Origin: Desulfurococcales archaeon
Lineage (GTDB): Archaea > Thermoproteota > Thermoprotei_A > Sulfolobales > Desulfurococcaceae
Assembly: GCA_027022365.1 (NCBI GenBank)
Contig: JALVYU010000011.1
Coordinates: 99,742 to 163,741, forward strand
Length of the DNA stretch: 64,000 nt
Reading direction: 5' to 3'
The notes beneath the pieces are model-generated. The model saw only the letters and a list, made by a program, of their open reading frames with translations. It made no database searches and had not been told where the DNA came from. Below are positions 11,689 to 22,418 of the stretch, in pieces. A program made the translations under genes and the position numbers. Each line of letters starts with the position of its first letter. Position 1 is the stretch's first letter.

Positions 11689-14600
11689 GTGGGAAACATG
11701 TGTAGATCAGCAAGTGTTTTAAGCCTCATACTAATTATCGCTATTCTTCTACAGCCTCTCACAACACTATATTACCTGGTACATTCCGCTACTCAACCAT
11801 ATTTCCAGCCCGTAAGTACTAGCTTCAGGTCGAGAACCGGAGGAGATGTTTATCCGGGTAGCCAGAACGCGGTGTTAAACACCGACTTCATGTTTAACGG
11901 AACGCAGAATGCGACACAAGTATTTGCATGCATTGTTTCGGCTCCAGCGGGATTTAGTTTTCATGATAGATGTAGCCCCGCCTATAACTACAATGACAAG
12001 ATAGCTTCATCCGTTGCCCCTGGCCAGATAATCTATTTCCACTACATAGTGGATGTTAATAGGACTGTTTCTCCCGGAAACTATACTGTTAAGTTCAATA
12101 TAACATATTATTATAATTTGACTCTCCATTATCAGCTTGCTAATGTAACAGTAACAGTGCACTCTTATCCAGCATTAACGGTGAGTGTTGTGGATACTTA
12201 TTGGTCGCCCGATGGATACCCGGGTGAAACGAGTGCATCGTTGAACATTGTCTTCAAGAACACCGCTGACTCGACAATAAGTCAGGCAGAAGTAAAAGCT
12301 GTACTCAATGCACCCGTCGAGCCGACGAATCCGAGGACAACCATCAGGAACATATCACCACATACTCGCTCAATAATAACATTCAATAACATATTTATAA
12401 AGCCAGAGGCAGCCCCCGGCAACTATACAGGCACTATAACCATAAATGCCGAAATGACTACAAGCGACGGAGTAACATATAACGCTACAACAACAGTCAA
12501 CATTACCTTCCAGATCCAGAGCTCACCCCCCGTAAACCTTAAGGTGATAGATTACGGGTTCGCAGGAGACTATCCAAGACCTGGTGCCAGAAATGTACAG
12601 CTATATCTAAAGATACAGAACAGGGATAGAGCAACGATAGAATCCATCGTAGCCAACATAATGCTTACCAACGCCTACTTCATGAATGGTAGTATATACG
12701 GGGTAGTCACAGTCAATGGTCCCATAGGCTACGGCGAAGTATTCACGATAGCGTCTCCCCGCATAGTAATACCAGTTAACCAGACCTATGTCCGCGCAAT
12801 ATATGATCTCGATCTGCTCATGTCTTACAGCGGCTCAACATACTGGGCCCACGTCCGATATGATCTAACATTCTCGATCAGCCGTATGCCGTACGATATA
12901 CACATACTCTACGTTCACTGGGGATCGGGGGAAGTTTATCCCGGCTCAACGGGGCAATCACTAGTTGTAGGTATGGAGAACCTTATGCGTGCAAGAATAG
13001 AAGGGGCAGAAGCTGTACTCCAGCTACCTTCGAACGTCTTCTACCCACAAAAGATTTATCTCGACAATGTTGGAATAACTGCGGGCTCTGTCGCAAGGCT
13101 CGTCTTCCAGGGAATAAACATCGAGAAAAGCGCTCGTCCGGGAAACTATACCTGTAACCTAACCATCAACGGACTACTTGTCGATACAGACGGCTCATAC
13201 CGTACTATAAAGATTAACTTCACACTACTCATAGCAGTGTCCCAGCCCAACACAAGCCTCGTAGAACTAGTCACGTACAGATGGATCACGGGCAAAGCCT
13301 ACCCGGCGATGAACAATACAGGCGTTGAAGCGCTTCTCCAAGTTATTCGTAACGCCGAACTAAGAGATATTGTAGCAACCATAATACTGCCCAAGGGAAT
13401 ATGGGCTGAGACAACGGCAAGACACAACGAGACAATAACGCTGAACGGCCCGTACGGCTATGGATCAATAATACCGCTACGATTCACAAGCATAAGCATC
13501 GATAGAGACAACATGGGCACAATATACGTGGCGATAAAACTAGCCGCTCAAGCAACTATAAACGGGGCCAACACATGGATGAACAAAACGATATTACTTA
13601 GACTAAATATTGAGCCGCCAAGCAATATCCTCGAGATAATAAGCGCTCGGTGGGGCTCGGGCAAAGCATACCCATGGACAGCACAGGCAAGCATACAGGT
13701 ACTAACAAGGATTAGTGATGACATAACCGTTGACAGGCTCTCTGCGAAAATAATCTATCCACAAGGCATATTATCATCACATACAGGCGGAGCATACGAT
13801 ACATGGTATACAAACACACCGCACCAGTACGGCGACATAATATCTGTCCAGTATACCGGGGTAAAGATAGAAGGACTGAGCCCAGGAAACTACAGCTTCA
13901 CAATAATATATACGGGAATAATAACAATCAATGGAGGAAAAGCCTACTTCAAAATAAACAAGACCGTAACACTAGAGATCAGTAGACCCGTTCTAAACAT
14001 AAAACTAGTGGATGCTTCATGGAACATACCAGATCCATCACGTGTAATGGACAATGTGGGTATCAACATACTTCTTTATAACAACCAGACGGGGACAATA
14101 ACACAATTAACAGCCAAGCTACTCCTACCACCAGGTGCCGAGAGCCTTGAGGGAAGAAAATACATTATAAAAACAATTACAAATTCAGTCGCATATGCGC
14201 AAGTCTTCAGTATATCGTTTAACGGCATCAGGATAAATACCACTAATAACATCATGTCTTTCACATTAGTGCTCACAGCAAGAATCGATGACTCAGACAC
14301 AATATACCTGCTCAACAACACATTGTGCTTCAGGTTAGAAATAAACAGTACAAACACGACGTTCATACTGTCACGGATAGCCACAACATATAACGGGCAG
14401 CCGGCACCCCTGCTCCCAACAGCAAAAGGAGTGACATTATCGATAACCCTCCTAAACATTAGGAGCTACACTATAAACAGCCTGACAGCAGAGATCATAC
14501 TGCCAAGAGGCCTTGAGACCATAGGCTATCGAAGGAGTGTCGCGGGCCCAGTATCTCCGGGCGCAACAGTGACCCTCACCTACAGGCTAAACATAGGTGA

Positions 14601-16734
14601 TCTCGAGCCCGGGGCCTACAAGGCAGTATTGAAGCTATTCTTCACGAGGACAAACAATGGAGTAGTCATAACCAATGAACAGAGCATCAACGTATATCTC
14701 GTGATAGATAACCCGGAAAAGTACTATGCAGAACTGAAGATACTGGATGTATACTGGGGAACAACAGCGCCCACATATGTTTATCCGGGAATGAGGGATC
14801 AGCCAGCCTCAATAATCATAGTCAATAACGGCCAGTATCCAGCATACAATGCAAGACTAGTGATCGATGCCGATAACGCCCGCCCACTGACCAGAGAAAT
14901 ATATGTCACGTCGACAATTGCTCCTGGAACCTCTGTCAGGGCAGTAGCTTACTTCGATCTAGGAAACAGTAAACCTGGAATAGTGCCCCTCAACATAACA
15001 GTACATTATCAGATCAGGATATATGGCGCCGATATAGACGTCATGTACATGGCGGCCGATAAACTGGTAATTACGCGGCCGGAAACAATGATCAATAATA
15101 CAGAGATCTATCTAGTCAACGCTGGCTGGAGGAACAACTGGCCGGTATACCCTGGCACAAAGAACGCCGAATATACTTTCACAATAGCGAATCTCCTCCC
15201 ATACACTGTCGAAGGAGTCTTGGCCAAACTAGTACTTCCTAGTGCGTTCAAACCATACACGAATTATTCAACGATAACCTACATAGCAGGCCCAATAAAC
15301 TCGCTTCAATCAGTGACTGGTAGTTTCAGGCTAGACGTGATCGGAAAACCCGGAGTATACACGGGATTCATAGAGATAACATACTATATGGTTAGCGGTG
15401 GCCCCGGTCTTAGAAAGACTATCTATATACCCATCAAGATATCGATCAGCAATCCGAGAAAAGCTGTCACCGTTGTGATGTATGGGTGGCAGACAGGTCA
15501 GCCCACCCTAGATATGAAGGGTGCAAGATACTATGTGGTGTTGAGGAACAACGAGATACCACAGATACGGTACCCAGTCCTATATGTGCGGTTGCCGAGC
15601 GGCATATATTATTCACCGGACAACTCAAGCATGGCGAGGGCGCCGGCATCAGCAGCCGTTATCCCACAGACCCCAAGCACAACACTGGCTGCCCAGCCAA
15701 GCGTGCAGCAGATAATGAAGCTATTAACAACCCAGACCCAGCAGACAACAGTGACAACAACCAGCAAGGGAGCACTGATCTCATTTATGCTACCCCTCAA
15801 TCTCTGCTTAAAACATCCAGGAAAATACGTGGTAGACGCTAATCTATCCTACATTGATCCTTGGGGTAGCCAGTACAACCTTACAATAGAGTTCCCCATA
15901 CTAGTGCTCGGCAAACCGGCCAAGCTAGGCATAACTGCTAGTCAGATGATAGTATTCCATAACGGTACCACATGGTTTACCATGACAATAAATAATACAT
16001 CGCCTTCACCAATATATAATGTCTACATCATACTAGCTCCAATGGCTCCCATAGCTCTGCCCATAAACAACATAAAATACATCTCTATGATTGGGCCTCG
16101 CCAGTCCATAAATATTACATATAGGCTAGTTTATAACCCGATGAACATGATAACCTATGCGGGTGGGACACCAATATCGTATACCTCAGTGCCGTTCAAG
16201 ATAGCCATAATATACCGTGACCCGACCGGGGCAATGAATATCTATAATACGACAGTATCATCGCTGGTGAGGCCATTCATAGATATAGGGATAAGCAGTG
16301 ATACTAAAGCTAAGTACAGTGGTGGGGTTCTCTCGGTATCGGGTGTACTGATAAACTATGGCATTACACAGGCGAGAAGTGTTGATGTAGCAATCATCTA
16401 CGGCGACACAAGGGCTTCAAACTTCGTCGGCGACATCGATGCGGCAAGTCAGATGGCCTTCAAGGTATCAATGAATATCCAGAGATTAACAACGCGGACG
16501 GTTACGCTGGAAATAACATATAGGGATATGTATAATAACCTGTACTATAAGACCTATACATTACCGATCGAAGTCGAAAACACGACATCACTACAACCAG
16601 TTTCAGCGGCAAGCACTGGTCAGCCCACTCCCATGCACTACCTAATAATCGGCATGGTTGCCACATTCCTAGTCGGAGTATTCATTATAATATACAGGCT
16701 TACACGGCGTCACATGAGAAGGCTCGGCGGATGA
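11689..16734 (+). CDS. Large membrane-anchored surface protein with tandem Ig-like (COG1361/S-layer-like) repeats
   Basis: 1681 aa. N-terminal signal, about 11 recurring W-x(3-7)-YPG-like repeat starts, many NxS/T sequons, C-terminal TM helix plus basic tail RLTRRHMRR. Confidence 0.8.
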   Translation: MGNMCRSASVLSLILIIAILLQPLTTLYYLVHSATQPYFQPVSTSFRSRTGGDVYPGSQNAVLNTDFMFNGTQNATQVFACIVSAPAGFSFHDRCSPAYNYNDKIASSVAPGQIIYFHYIVDVNRTVSPGNYTVKFNITYYYNLTLHYQLANVTVTVHSYPALTVSVVDTYWSPDGYPGETSASLNIVFKNTADSTISQAEVKAVLNAPVEPTNPRTTIRNISPHTRSIITFNNIFIKPEAAPGNYTGTITINAEMTTSDGVTYNATTTVNITFQIQSSPPVNLKVIDYGFAGDYPRPGARNVQLYLKIQNRDRATIESIVANIMLTNAYFMNGSIYGVVTVNGPIGYGEVFTIASPRIVIPVNQTYVRAIYDLDLLMSYSGSTYWAHVRYDLTFSISRMPYDIHILYVHWGSGEVYPGSTGQSLVVGMENLMRARIEGAEAVLQLPSNVFYPQKIYLDNVGITAGSVARLVFQGINIEKSARPGNYTCNLTINGLLVDTDGSYRTIKINFTLLIAVSQPNTSLVELVTYRWITGKAYPAMNNTGVEALLQVIRNAELRDIVATIILPKGIWAETTARHNETITLNGPYGYGSIIPLRFTSISIDRDNMGTIYVAIKLAAQATINGANTWMNKTILLRLNIEPPSNILEIISARWGSGKAYPWTAQASIQVLTRISDDITVDRLSAKIIYPQGILSSHTGGAYDTWYTNTPHQYGDIISVQYTGVKIEGLSPGNYSFTIIYTGIITINGGKAYFKINKTVTLEISRPVLNIKLVDASWNIPDPSRVMDNVGINILLYNNQTGTITQLTAKLLLPPGAESLEGRKYIIKTITNSVAYAQVFSISFNGIRINTTNNIMSFTLVLTARIDDSDTIYLLNNTLCFRLEINSTNTTFILSRIATTYNGQPAPLLPTAKGVTLSITLLNIRSYTINSLTAEIILPRGLETIGYRRSVAGPVSPGATVTLTYRLNIGDLEPGAYKAVLKLFFTRTNNGVVITNEQSINVYLVIDNPEKYYAELKILDVYWGTTAPTYVYPGMRDQPASIIIVNNGQYPAYNARLVIDADNARPLTREIYVTSTIAPGTSVRAVAYFDLGNSKPGIVPLNITVHYQIRIYGADIDVMYMAADKLVITRPETMINNTEIYLVNAGWRNNWPVYPGTKNAEYTFTIANLLPYTVEGVLAKLVLPSAFKPYTNYSTITYIAGPINSLQSVTGSFRLDVIGKPGVYTGFIEITYYMVSGGPGLRKTIYIPIKISISNPRKAVTVVMYGWQTGQPTLDMKGARYYVVLRNNEIPQIRYPVLYVRLPSGIYYSPDNSSMARAPASAAVIPQTPSTTLAAQPSVQQIMKLLTTQTQQTTVTTTSKGALISFMLPLNLCLKHPGKYVVDANLSYIDPWGSQYNLTIEFPILVLGKPAKLGITASQMIVFHNGTTWFTMTINNTSPSPIYNVYIILAPMAPIALPINNIKYISMIGPRQSINITYRLVYNPMNMITYAGGTPISYTSVPFKIAIIYRDPTGAMNIYNTTVSSLVRPFIDIGISSDTKAKYSGGVLSVSGVLINYGITQARSVDVAIIYGDTRASNFVGDIDAASQMAFKVSMNIQRLTTRTVTLEITYRDMYNNLYYKTYTLPIEVENTTSLQPVSAASTGQPTPMHYLIIGMVATFLVGVFIIIYRLTRRHMRRLGG

Positions 16735-17972
16735 CTGGAGTCTACAAGGGATCAATTATGTTAATAACAGATGTACTTAGACTAGCTTCTAAAGCCCTAT
16801 CTGAGAAGAAGACACGTGCCATACTAACGATAATAGGGATTATGATTGGGCCCATGGCCCTGGTAATGATAAACGGGGTAGTGTCTGGTTACAGCAACTA
16901 TATACTCCAGCAGATCAAGGGGCTGGGAGAGAACCTGATAGTTGTAACTCCTAAGGAGAACTTCAAGCTGGGAGAAGCTGACCTGAACTATATCAAGTCA
17001 TTGCCGGGAGTAGCAGATGCAACCCCGTTTTATTCGACACAGGGAGAGACACGGGTTGGAACACAGAAGAAAACCGTGTTCATATATGCTGTATCATACT
17101 CCTTCCTATTCAAGGCCATACCTAGCCTAAAGATAGCTGAGGGAAGCATACCTGCCGATAGCGATATATCGAAATGCATCATCGGCCACGACATAGCCTA
17201 CACGAGCCTGGGAACAAGAGCATACAGTGTAGGCGATGTGATAACCATCCAAATATACCGTGTCAAGAGCGGCGGTAAAATCGAGGTAAAGCATGTGGCG
17301 TTTCTAATACAGGGAATACTTAAAAAATACGGTGGAGCAGCGTTCCTTAACCCTGACCAGACAGTATTCATAAGCATGGAGGCAGCCAAAAGGATCATAG
17401 GTATAAGTCAATGGACGGGCATCCTCATCCTCGCAAAGAGCCCGGCGCTTGTAAACAATATAACTGAGACACTCAAGCAAAGCTATGGAGGCAACATCGA
17501 CATAGTCTCGTTCCTAGCCATAGCACAGATAACGTCATCAATAACAGGGGCAATAAACTTCATGACATTCGCCGCCAGCCTAGCAGCATTCGCCGTGGCG
17601 ATAGCTGGTGTGGCCGCAACTATGATCACATCCGTTATCGAGCGGACGAAAGAAATAGGGGTAATGAAGGCCCTCGGTTTCACTGACGGCCAAGTATTGA
17701 TTCTCATAATAGCTGAGGGCATAGTCATGAGCCTCATAGGCGGAATAGTAGGAGTTTCTCTAGGAATAGTCGGGGCCTACGTACTCGCGTCGAGGGGGAT
17801 GGTTATACATGCGGGTACGACAACGATACTTATCAAGGCTAATCCAGCAATATCGCCGGAATTCATAGGGTTAACAATGATCATGACCCTAATGATCGGT
17901 GTTGCCGGCAGTATATTCCCAGCATACAGAGCCGCCAAGATACCGCCAGCAGTCGCTTTAAGATACGAGTAA
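16731..17972 (+). CDS. ABC permease, MacB/FtsX family
   Basis: RAILTIIGIMIG, SVIERTKEIGVMKALG, PAYRAAKIPPAVALRYE. Confidence 0.92.
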   Translation: MTGVYKGSIMLITDVLRLASKALSEKKTRAILTIIGIMIGPMALVMINGVVSGYSNYILQQIKGLGENLIVVTPKENFKLGEADLNYIKSLPGVADATPFYSTQGETRVGTQKKTVFIYAVSYSFLFKAIPSLKIAEGSIPADSDISKCIIGHDIAYTSLGTRAYSVGDVITIQIYRVKSGGKIEVKHVAFLIQGILKKYGGAAFLNPDQTVFISMEAAKRIIGISQWTGILILAKSPALVNNITETLKQSYGGNIDIVSFLAIAQITSSITGAINFMTFAASLAAFAVAIAGVAATMITSVIERTKEIGVMKALGFTDGQVLILIIAEGIVMSLIGGIVGVSLGIVGAYVLASRGMVIHAGTTTILIKANPAISPEFIGLTMIMTLMIGVAGSIFPAYRAAKIPPAVALRYE

Positions 17973-18074
17973 TAACCATTGACAAAGACTATTTTAATAA
18001 AGAATACATTATATTGATCCGGAGCTGGGAAGAAACATCCACGTTCTAACACCAACTACATGGATGGCTAGTCG

Positions 18075-18578
18075 GTGGTATCGTTGCGAAGCGTCTTAGA
18101 CGTATATGCCAAATACAGAGGGATCATAAGGCTATTAATACTCTATGTCTTAAGCAAGAAACCGCTCCACGGCTATGGTATAATGAAGGAGCTCAAAGAG
18201 ATCATGGGCAAGATGCCTGGTCCGGGAAACATTTATCCACAGATAAGATACTTGCTTCGCAAGAACTATATCGAGATACACGAGGAGGTTAGGCAGGGCC
18301 GTAAAAGAAAAGTATATAGGATAACCGAGAAAGGCCTGGAGTACTTAGCGGAGAACATGGATAGGGTCAACGAAGCTATAGAGATGTTCTCAAGGCTTAA
18401 ACACTTATTTGACTGTGGTTTCAGAGAAATAATGGCGGAGCTATGGGTTCTAATTAAAGTATGGGATAAGCTTAGCGACAAGGACAAGGCATATGTAAAA
18501 GAAATTCTTGGCAGGATGAAGGAAGAAATAGCAAAGATCCTCGTCAGATATACTAGGGAGACAAAGGCTTCGGCATAA
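18075..18578 (+). CDS. PadR-family transcriptional regulator
   Basis: LHGYGIMKEL, GNIYP, RKVYRITEKG. Confidence 0.9.
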   Translation: MVSLRSVLDVYAKYRGIIRLLILYVLSKKPLHGYGIMKELKEIMGKMPGPGNIYPQIRYLLRKNYIEIHEEVRQGRKRKVYRITEKGLEYLAENMDRVNEAIEMFSRLKHLFDCGFREIMAELWVLIKVWDKLSDKDKAYVKEILGRMKEEIAKILVRYTRETKASA

Positions 18579-18605
18579 GACATAAACCATTTCCTTTCCG
18601 ATCCT

Positions 18606-19814
18606 TTATCCACCCATTACGATGAGCATTAGGGCTAAGCTACTTGTGCCTATTATGTCTGCTATGCTTGTAAGTATGGGCGCCAACGTATTATCTGGAT
18701 CTATGCCTGCCTTAAAGCTCGCCATCGCCGCATAGTATGTGAGAATAGTTATTATTGCTGTGAGCAATAAACCTGCTGACATAACTATTTCAATGACCTT
18801 AAATCCCCACATAATGGTTGCCCCACGAGAAATTGCGACAGCAAAACCAAATATGCTTAGAGAACCAAATATCATCAGGGCGTGTATTAGGTTTAGTAGG
18901 AACTGTTTTAGGGTCCATGAATCGCTAGGGATCCATTTAATCTTAATGGAGCCTATGTGGAGGCTCGTGGAGAGCCTGGATGAGAACCTGCAGGCGATGG
19001 CACCTCCATCTTCTAGGAATGCGGGTATGACCGCCAGTATGCCTAATCCCTTTACAATATTATTTATATTAGTCATGAGTATCACTCCGGCGAACATGCT
19101 CATACTGCTTGAGAACATTATTATAGGCATGTTCTGGACGAGTATGTTCCATGTTCTCTCCAACGGATCGTTTTCTTCTCTGGTAACAACCCTGTAGAAC
19201 ACATAAGCAGGAATGATCAGTAGGACGAGTGTAAATAACAACATAAAGAGTCTTGGTACGTCTGTTGCGATGAGGTAAGCAAATACAATCGTAGGTACTG
19301 TAACCATGTCTCCGAAGAGCGTCGCTATAGGTGCAACAACGTTATCTGGATTAATTCCTCGCTTAAAACTGGTGAAAGCGAGCCATGTGGTTGATGGTAT
19401 CATGATGATACTTGAGATCACGGCTGATAAAACGGCTACAAAGACGGTTGAGTAAGGCTCGAGATTATACTTGCCAAATACAATGGATACAATGAAAGTG
19501 AGAAGACCTATCCACGTATTGATCAAGATGAGGATCGAGGACAAAGCCATGAGTTCTGCCCGGATTAGCTTCTTGGCCATACCGAGGTGAAGCAGAGTGC
19601 CGAGCCTTGAACCATAGCTGGAGTAAACATCTCCACGTGCATCACTAGCCGCTGGAAGAAGTGCGAGAAGGATCTCCGCATGCATGATAATGGGTTGGAA
19701 GATCTGGAGGAAATAACCGGATATATAGTCGCCGAGATTACAGAGCATAAGTGAGACCGCGCCTTCTTTCAAGTCCTTCTTGAACTCTTCATCAAAGATC
19801 ATAGATCTCACCAT
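18606..19814 (-). CDS. MgtE/SLC41 integral-membrane divalent cation transporter (duplicated domain)
   Basis: Two repeats: GINPDNVVAPIATLFGD and GIDPDNTLAPILTSIADI. Confidence 0.88.
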   Translation of the reverse strand: MVRSMIFDEEFKKDLKEGAVSLMLCNLGDYISGYFLQIFQPIIMHAEILLALLPAASDARGDVYSSYGSRLGTLLHLGMAKKLIRAELMALSSILILINTWIGLLTFIVSIVFGKYNLEPYSTVFVAVLSAVISSIIMIPSTTWLAFTSFKRGINPDNVVAPIATLFGDMVTVPTIVFAYLIATDVPRLFMLLFTLVLLIIPAYVFYRVVTREENDPLERTWNILVQNMPIIMFSSSMSMFAGVILMTNINNIVKGLGILAVIPAFLEDGGAIACRFSSRLSTSLHIGSIKIKWIPSDSWTLKQFLLNLIHALMIFGSLSIFGFAVAISRGATIMWGFKVIEIVMSAGLLLTAIITILTYYAAMASFKAGIDPDNTLAPILTSIADIIGTSSLALMLIVMGG

Positions 19815-19929
19815 GAACCGGTATTACACCTGCTCATCACCCTACCTCTTAGGTATCGTTGTCGCTGACTCGGTCAAACTGTGATATGGGTGTTAAATCT
19901 TATTTAAATAAAACCTTATGATCAAATAG

Positions 19930-20439
19930 ATGAGAACAGCTATTACTCTTGCAGGTGTAACTATCATGCCTATAAGGATTAGAGGTCCAGGTCGAGAACC
20001 GCGGAGAATACGCCCGGAAGACGCTATCAAAGCAATCAGTCTTGTGAAGGAGGGTATTAAATTATTCACTGCTGGTCCACCGATAATTCATCGCGGTCCC
20101 GCCGGGGAAATCCATGTTGATGTCCCCTTGATGTATAATGGCTATGCTTTGGACAGAATACATTATGATCCGTACACGAATACTTTCTCTCCGAAAGGGA
20201 GGCCTGTGCATGCTATAAATGTACAAATATCTCGTGATACTGTCTGGCAGCTCTCTAAGCAGTATGTTAAAGAACTATATGTTATCGAAGCCGTTGAGTA
20301 CAGAGAGCCCGAAGACGTGTGGGTAGTGCCTCTCGCATGGAGATGCTTTATCGTTGCTCACATTAAGGTTAGCTATGACGGTGAAGAGCTGGTTCCAGAT
20401 TACCCCCTGACCGAGGAAATAACGGGACGCCTTATGTGA
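19930..20439 (+). CDS. Hypothetical protein
   Basis: Clean ORF with protein-like composition; start possibly ATG 19966; no family recognised. Confidence 0.7.
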   Translation: MRTAITLAGVTIMPIRIRGPGREPRRIRPEDAIKAISLVKEGIKLFTAGPPIIHRGPAGEIHVDVPLMYNGYALDRIHYDPYTNTFSPKGRPVHAINVQISRDTVWQLSKQYVKELYVIEAVEYREPEDVWVVPLAWRCFIVAHIKVSYDGEELVPDYPLTEEITGRLM

Positions 20440-20452
20440 TCAGGCGGTTAGC

Positions 20453-21565
20453 GTGAAGCTTCGGAGAAGGATCTTTGATTTCATCATGAGAGAAAAGCTC
20501 TTGGTAACTCTATTCATATTATTCATTTCGTTCCTCATGTATGATCATGGCCTAGTTGAACGCATACCTGAATGTGTAAACATAAATGCTCTCATAGTTA
20601 TTTTCACGCTACTCGTGATCAGCCGCTCCCTACATGTTTCAGGACTCACAAACCAGGTAGCAGTGAGGATACTATCTCGTACAAAGGGCTTGCCACGCGC
20701 TACATTGTTCTATATAGTCTTAATCACGTATCTTCTCGCACCACTCATAATGAATGATGGGGCCATATTCGTGATGGTGCCTTTAGTAGTAGTTGTTGCT
20801 GAGCTGTCCGGCCACGAAGAAGCATTACTTGTGACCCTTGTGGCTATCTCGGCTAACCTGGCCTCCATCATCTTGCCGATAGGTAATCCCCAGGACATCG
20901 TGATCTGGACACACTATGGGGTATCCCTGCCCGAGTACGTATTGGCTTCTCTTCCACTCTACCTCCTATCACTAGGGCTTCTTGCCCTATATGTTGTTTT
21001 CTTGTCCAGGAGGCTCGTCATTAAGGAACTGCCTCATCTTCCTAGGGTAAGACTTGATAAGAAGCTCTCCATAGCATCTATATCCTCGTTAATCGCTATC
21101 ATTATTACTGCCCAGCTCAAAAACCCGTTGATCGGCCTCATAATAACCCTTGCGCTAATATTATTGTCTAGGCCCAGGATATTGGTTGAGGTCGATTACC
21201 CCTTGCTTGTAGTGTTCCTTCTAATGTTTATTGATTTCTCCGAGATACCTCACCTCCTCGGCGTACAGTCATTGATAAGCATGCTAACTCCCGTCCAGGT
21301 TTATGGCGTGTCACTTGTTTTGAGCCAGCTTATAAGCAATGTCCCGGCAACAATAGCCATTATCAGGCACACGGTTTACTGGAAACCATTGTTTGCGGGT
21401 GTAAATATTGGTGGTGTGGGTTTTCTCCCAGGGAGCATGGCTAATATTATTGCTTTGAGGCTGTCCAGGGTGAAAACACGTGATTATCACCGGTACGCGC
21501 TCCCCTTCTTCATCGTGTTGGGGCTACTGGGTCTGTTCCTGGTCTATATCGGTCTTTATGGTTAG
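20453..21565 (+). CDS. ArsB/NhaD/SLC13-family anion permease
   Basis: Multi-TM; ANLASIILPIGNPQD, SQLISNVPA, GSMANII motifs. Confidence 0.88.
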   Translation: MKLRRRIFDFIMREKLLVTLFILFISFLMYDHGLVERIPECVNINALIVIFTLLVISRSLHVSGLTNQVAVRILSRTKGLPRATLFYIVLITYLLAPLIMNDGAIFVMVPLVVVVAELSGHEEALLVTLVAISANLASIILPIGNPQDIVIWTHYGVSLPEYVLASLPLYLLSLGLLALYVVFLSRRLVIKELPHLPRVRLDKKLSIASISSLIAIIITAQLKNPLIGLIITLALILLSRPRILVEVDYPLLVVFLLMFIDFSEIPHLLGVQSLISMLTPVQVYGVSLVLSQLISNVPATIAIIRHTVYWKPLFAGVNIGGVGFLPGSMANIIALRLSRVKTRDYHRYALPFFIVLGLLGLFLVYIGLYG

Positions 21566-21567
21566 CG

Positions 21568-22341
21568 CTAATAGTGTGAATCGGCTATGTGGACGTGCTT
21601 CATCACGGGGATTGCTGCTCCTCCATATATTTTCCGTGTATTTTCTATTGTTAAGACCTCATTGGGCGGGCCAGCAATGTATACTCCTTTATTCACCATA
21701 ATGATGTAATTGGTATAGGGTAGGAGAAGCATTGGGTCATGACTCGTTATTATCAACAGGTGGTCATGCCCCATCTCGCCTATTCTCCGGGCAAGCTCCG
21801 CTCTGCCTGCGGGGTCAATGCTTGATAATGGCTCATCCATAACTATTATTGGTGGATCGGTTACAAGGGCTCTTGCTATAAAGCCCCTCTGCCTCTGCCC
21901 ACCGCTTAGCTCCCAGAAATTCCTGTGCCAGTACTTCTCGTCGAGCCCAACGCTTTTGAGAGCCTTTGCGACGCGCTCCCTGTGTTTCTTACGTGGTATC
22001 CTCGGCCACTTCTCCCGCATCAGGAGACAGCACTCCACCATCTCCCATACTGTTATCGGGAATCGTGAACCAGGAGCATGTGTTATCTGGGGGACATAGC
22101 CGGCGTATTTCCCGGCTTTTCCCGGATCACCTGTCACGTCTTCCTTGTTAATAATTATTTTTCCCTTGATGGGTCTTATTAGTCCCAGAATAGTTCTTAT
22201 CAACGTTGTCTTACCTGCTCCATTAGGCCCCAGTATCTGTACTACTCCATAGTTTTCGATAACTATGTTTAGATCTCTTATCAATGGTTCACCGTTATAC
22301 CCCGTCGTGACGTCGATCAACTCTATTCTAGGCAAAGCCAA
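21568..22341 (-). CDS. Metal (Zn/Mn) ABC transporter ATP-binding protein
   Basis: GPNGAGKTT, GYVPQ, LSGGQRQR, MDEP. Confidence 0.9.
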   Translation of the reverse strand: MALPRIELIDVTTGYNGEPLIRDLNIVIENYGVVQILGPNGAGKTTLIRTILGLIRPIKGKIIINKEDVTGDPGKAGKYAGYVPQITHAPGSRFPITVWEMVECCLLMREKWPRIPRKKHRERVAKALKSVGLDEKYWHRNFWELSGGQRQRGFIARALVTDPPIIVMDEPLSSIDPAGRAELARRIGEMGHDHLLIITSHDPMLLLPYTNYIIMVNKGVYIAGPPNEVLTIENTRKIYGGAAIPVMKHVHIADSHY

Positions 22342-22418
22342 TATTTATCTACCCCTAAACACTATACTCTATGCACGGCTAAAGATAAAGATAACAATTA
22401 CTGTGCACAGGGGATAAT

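Noticed and set aside
19795-19875. GTGATGA box-C-like motif plus a small hairpin upstream of the MgtE-like gene (minus strand)
   Set aside because: No properly spaced CTGA D or D' box; could simply be RBS-like sequence.
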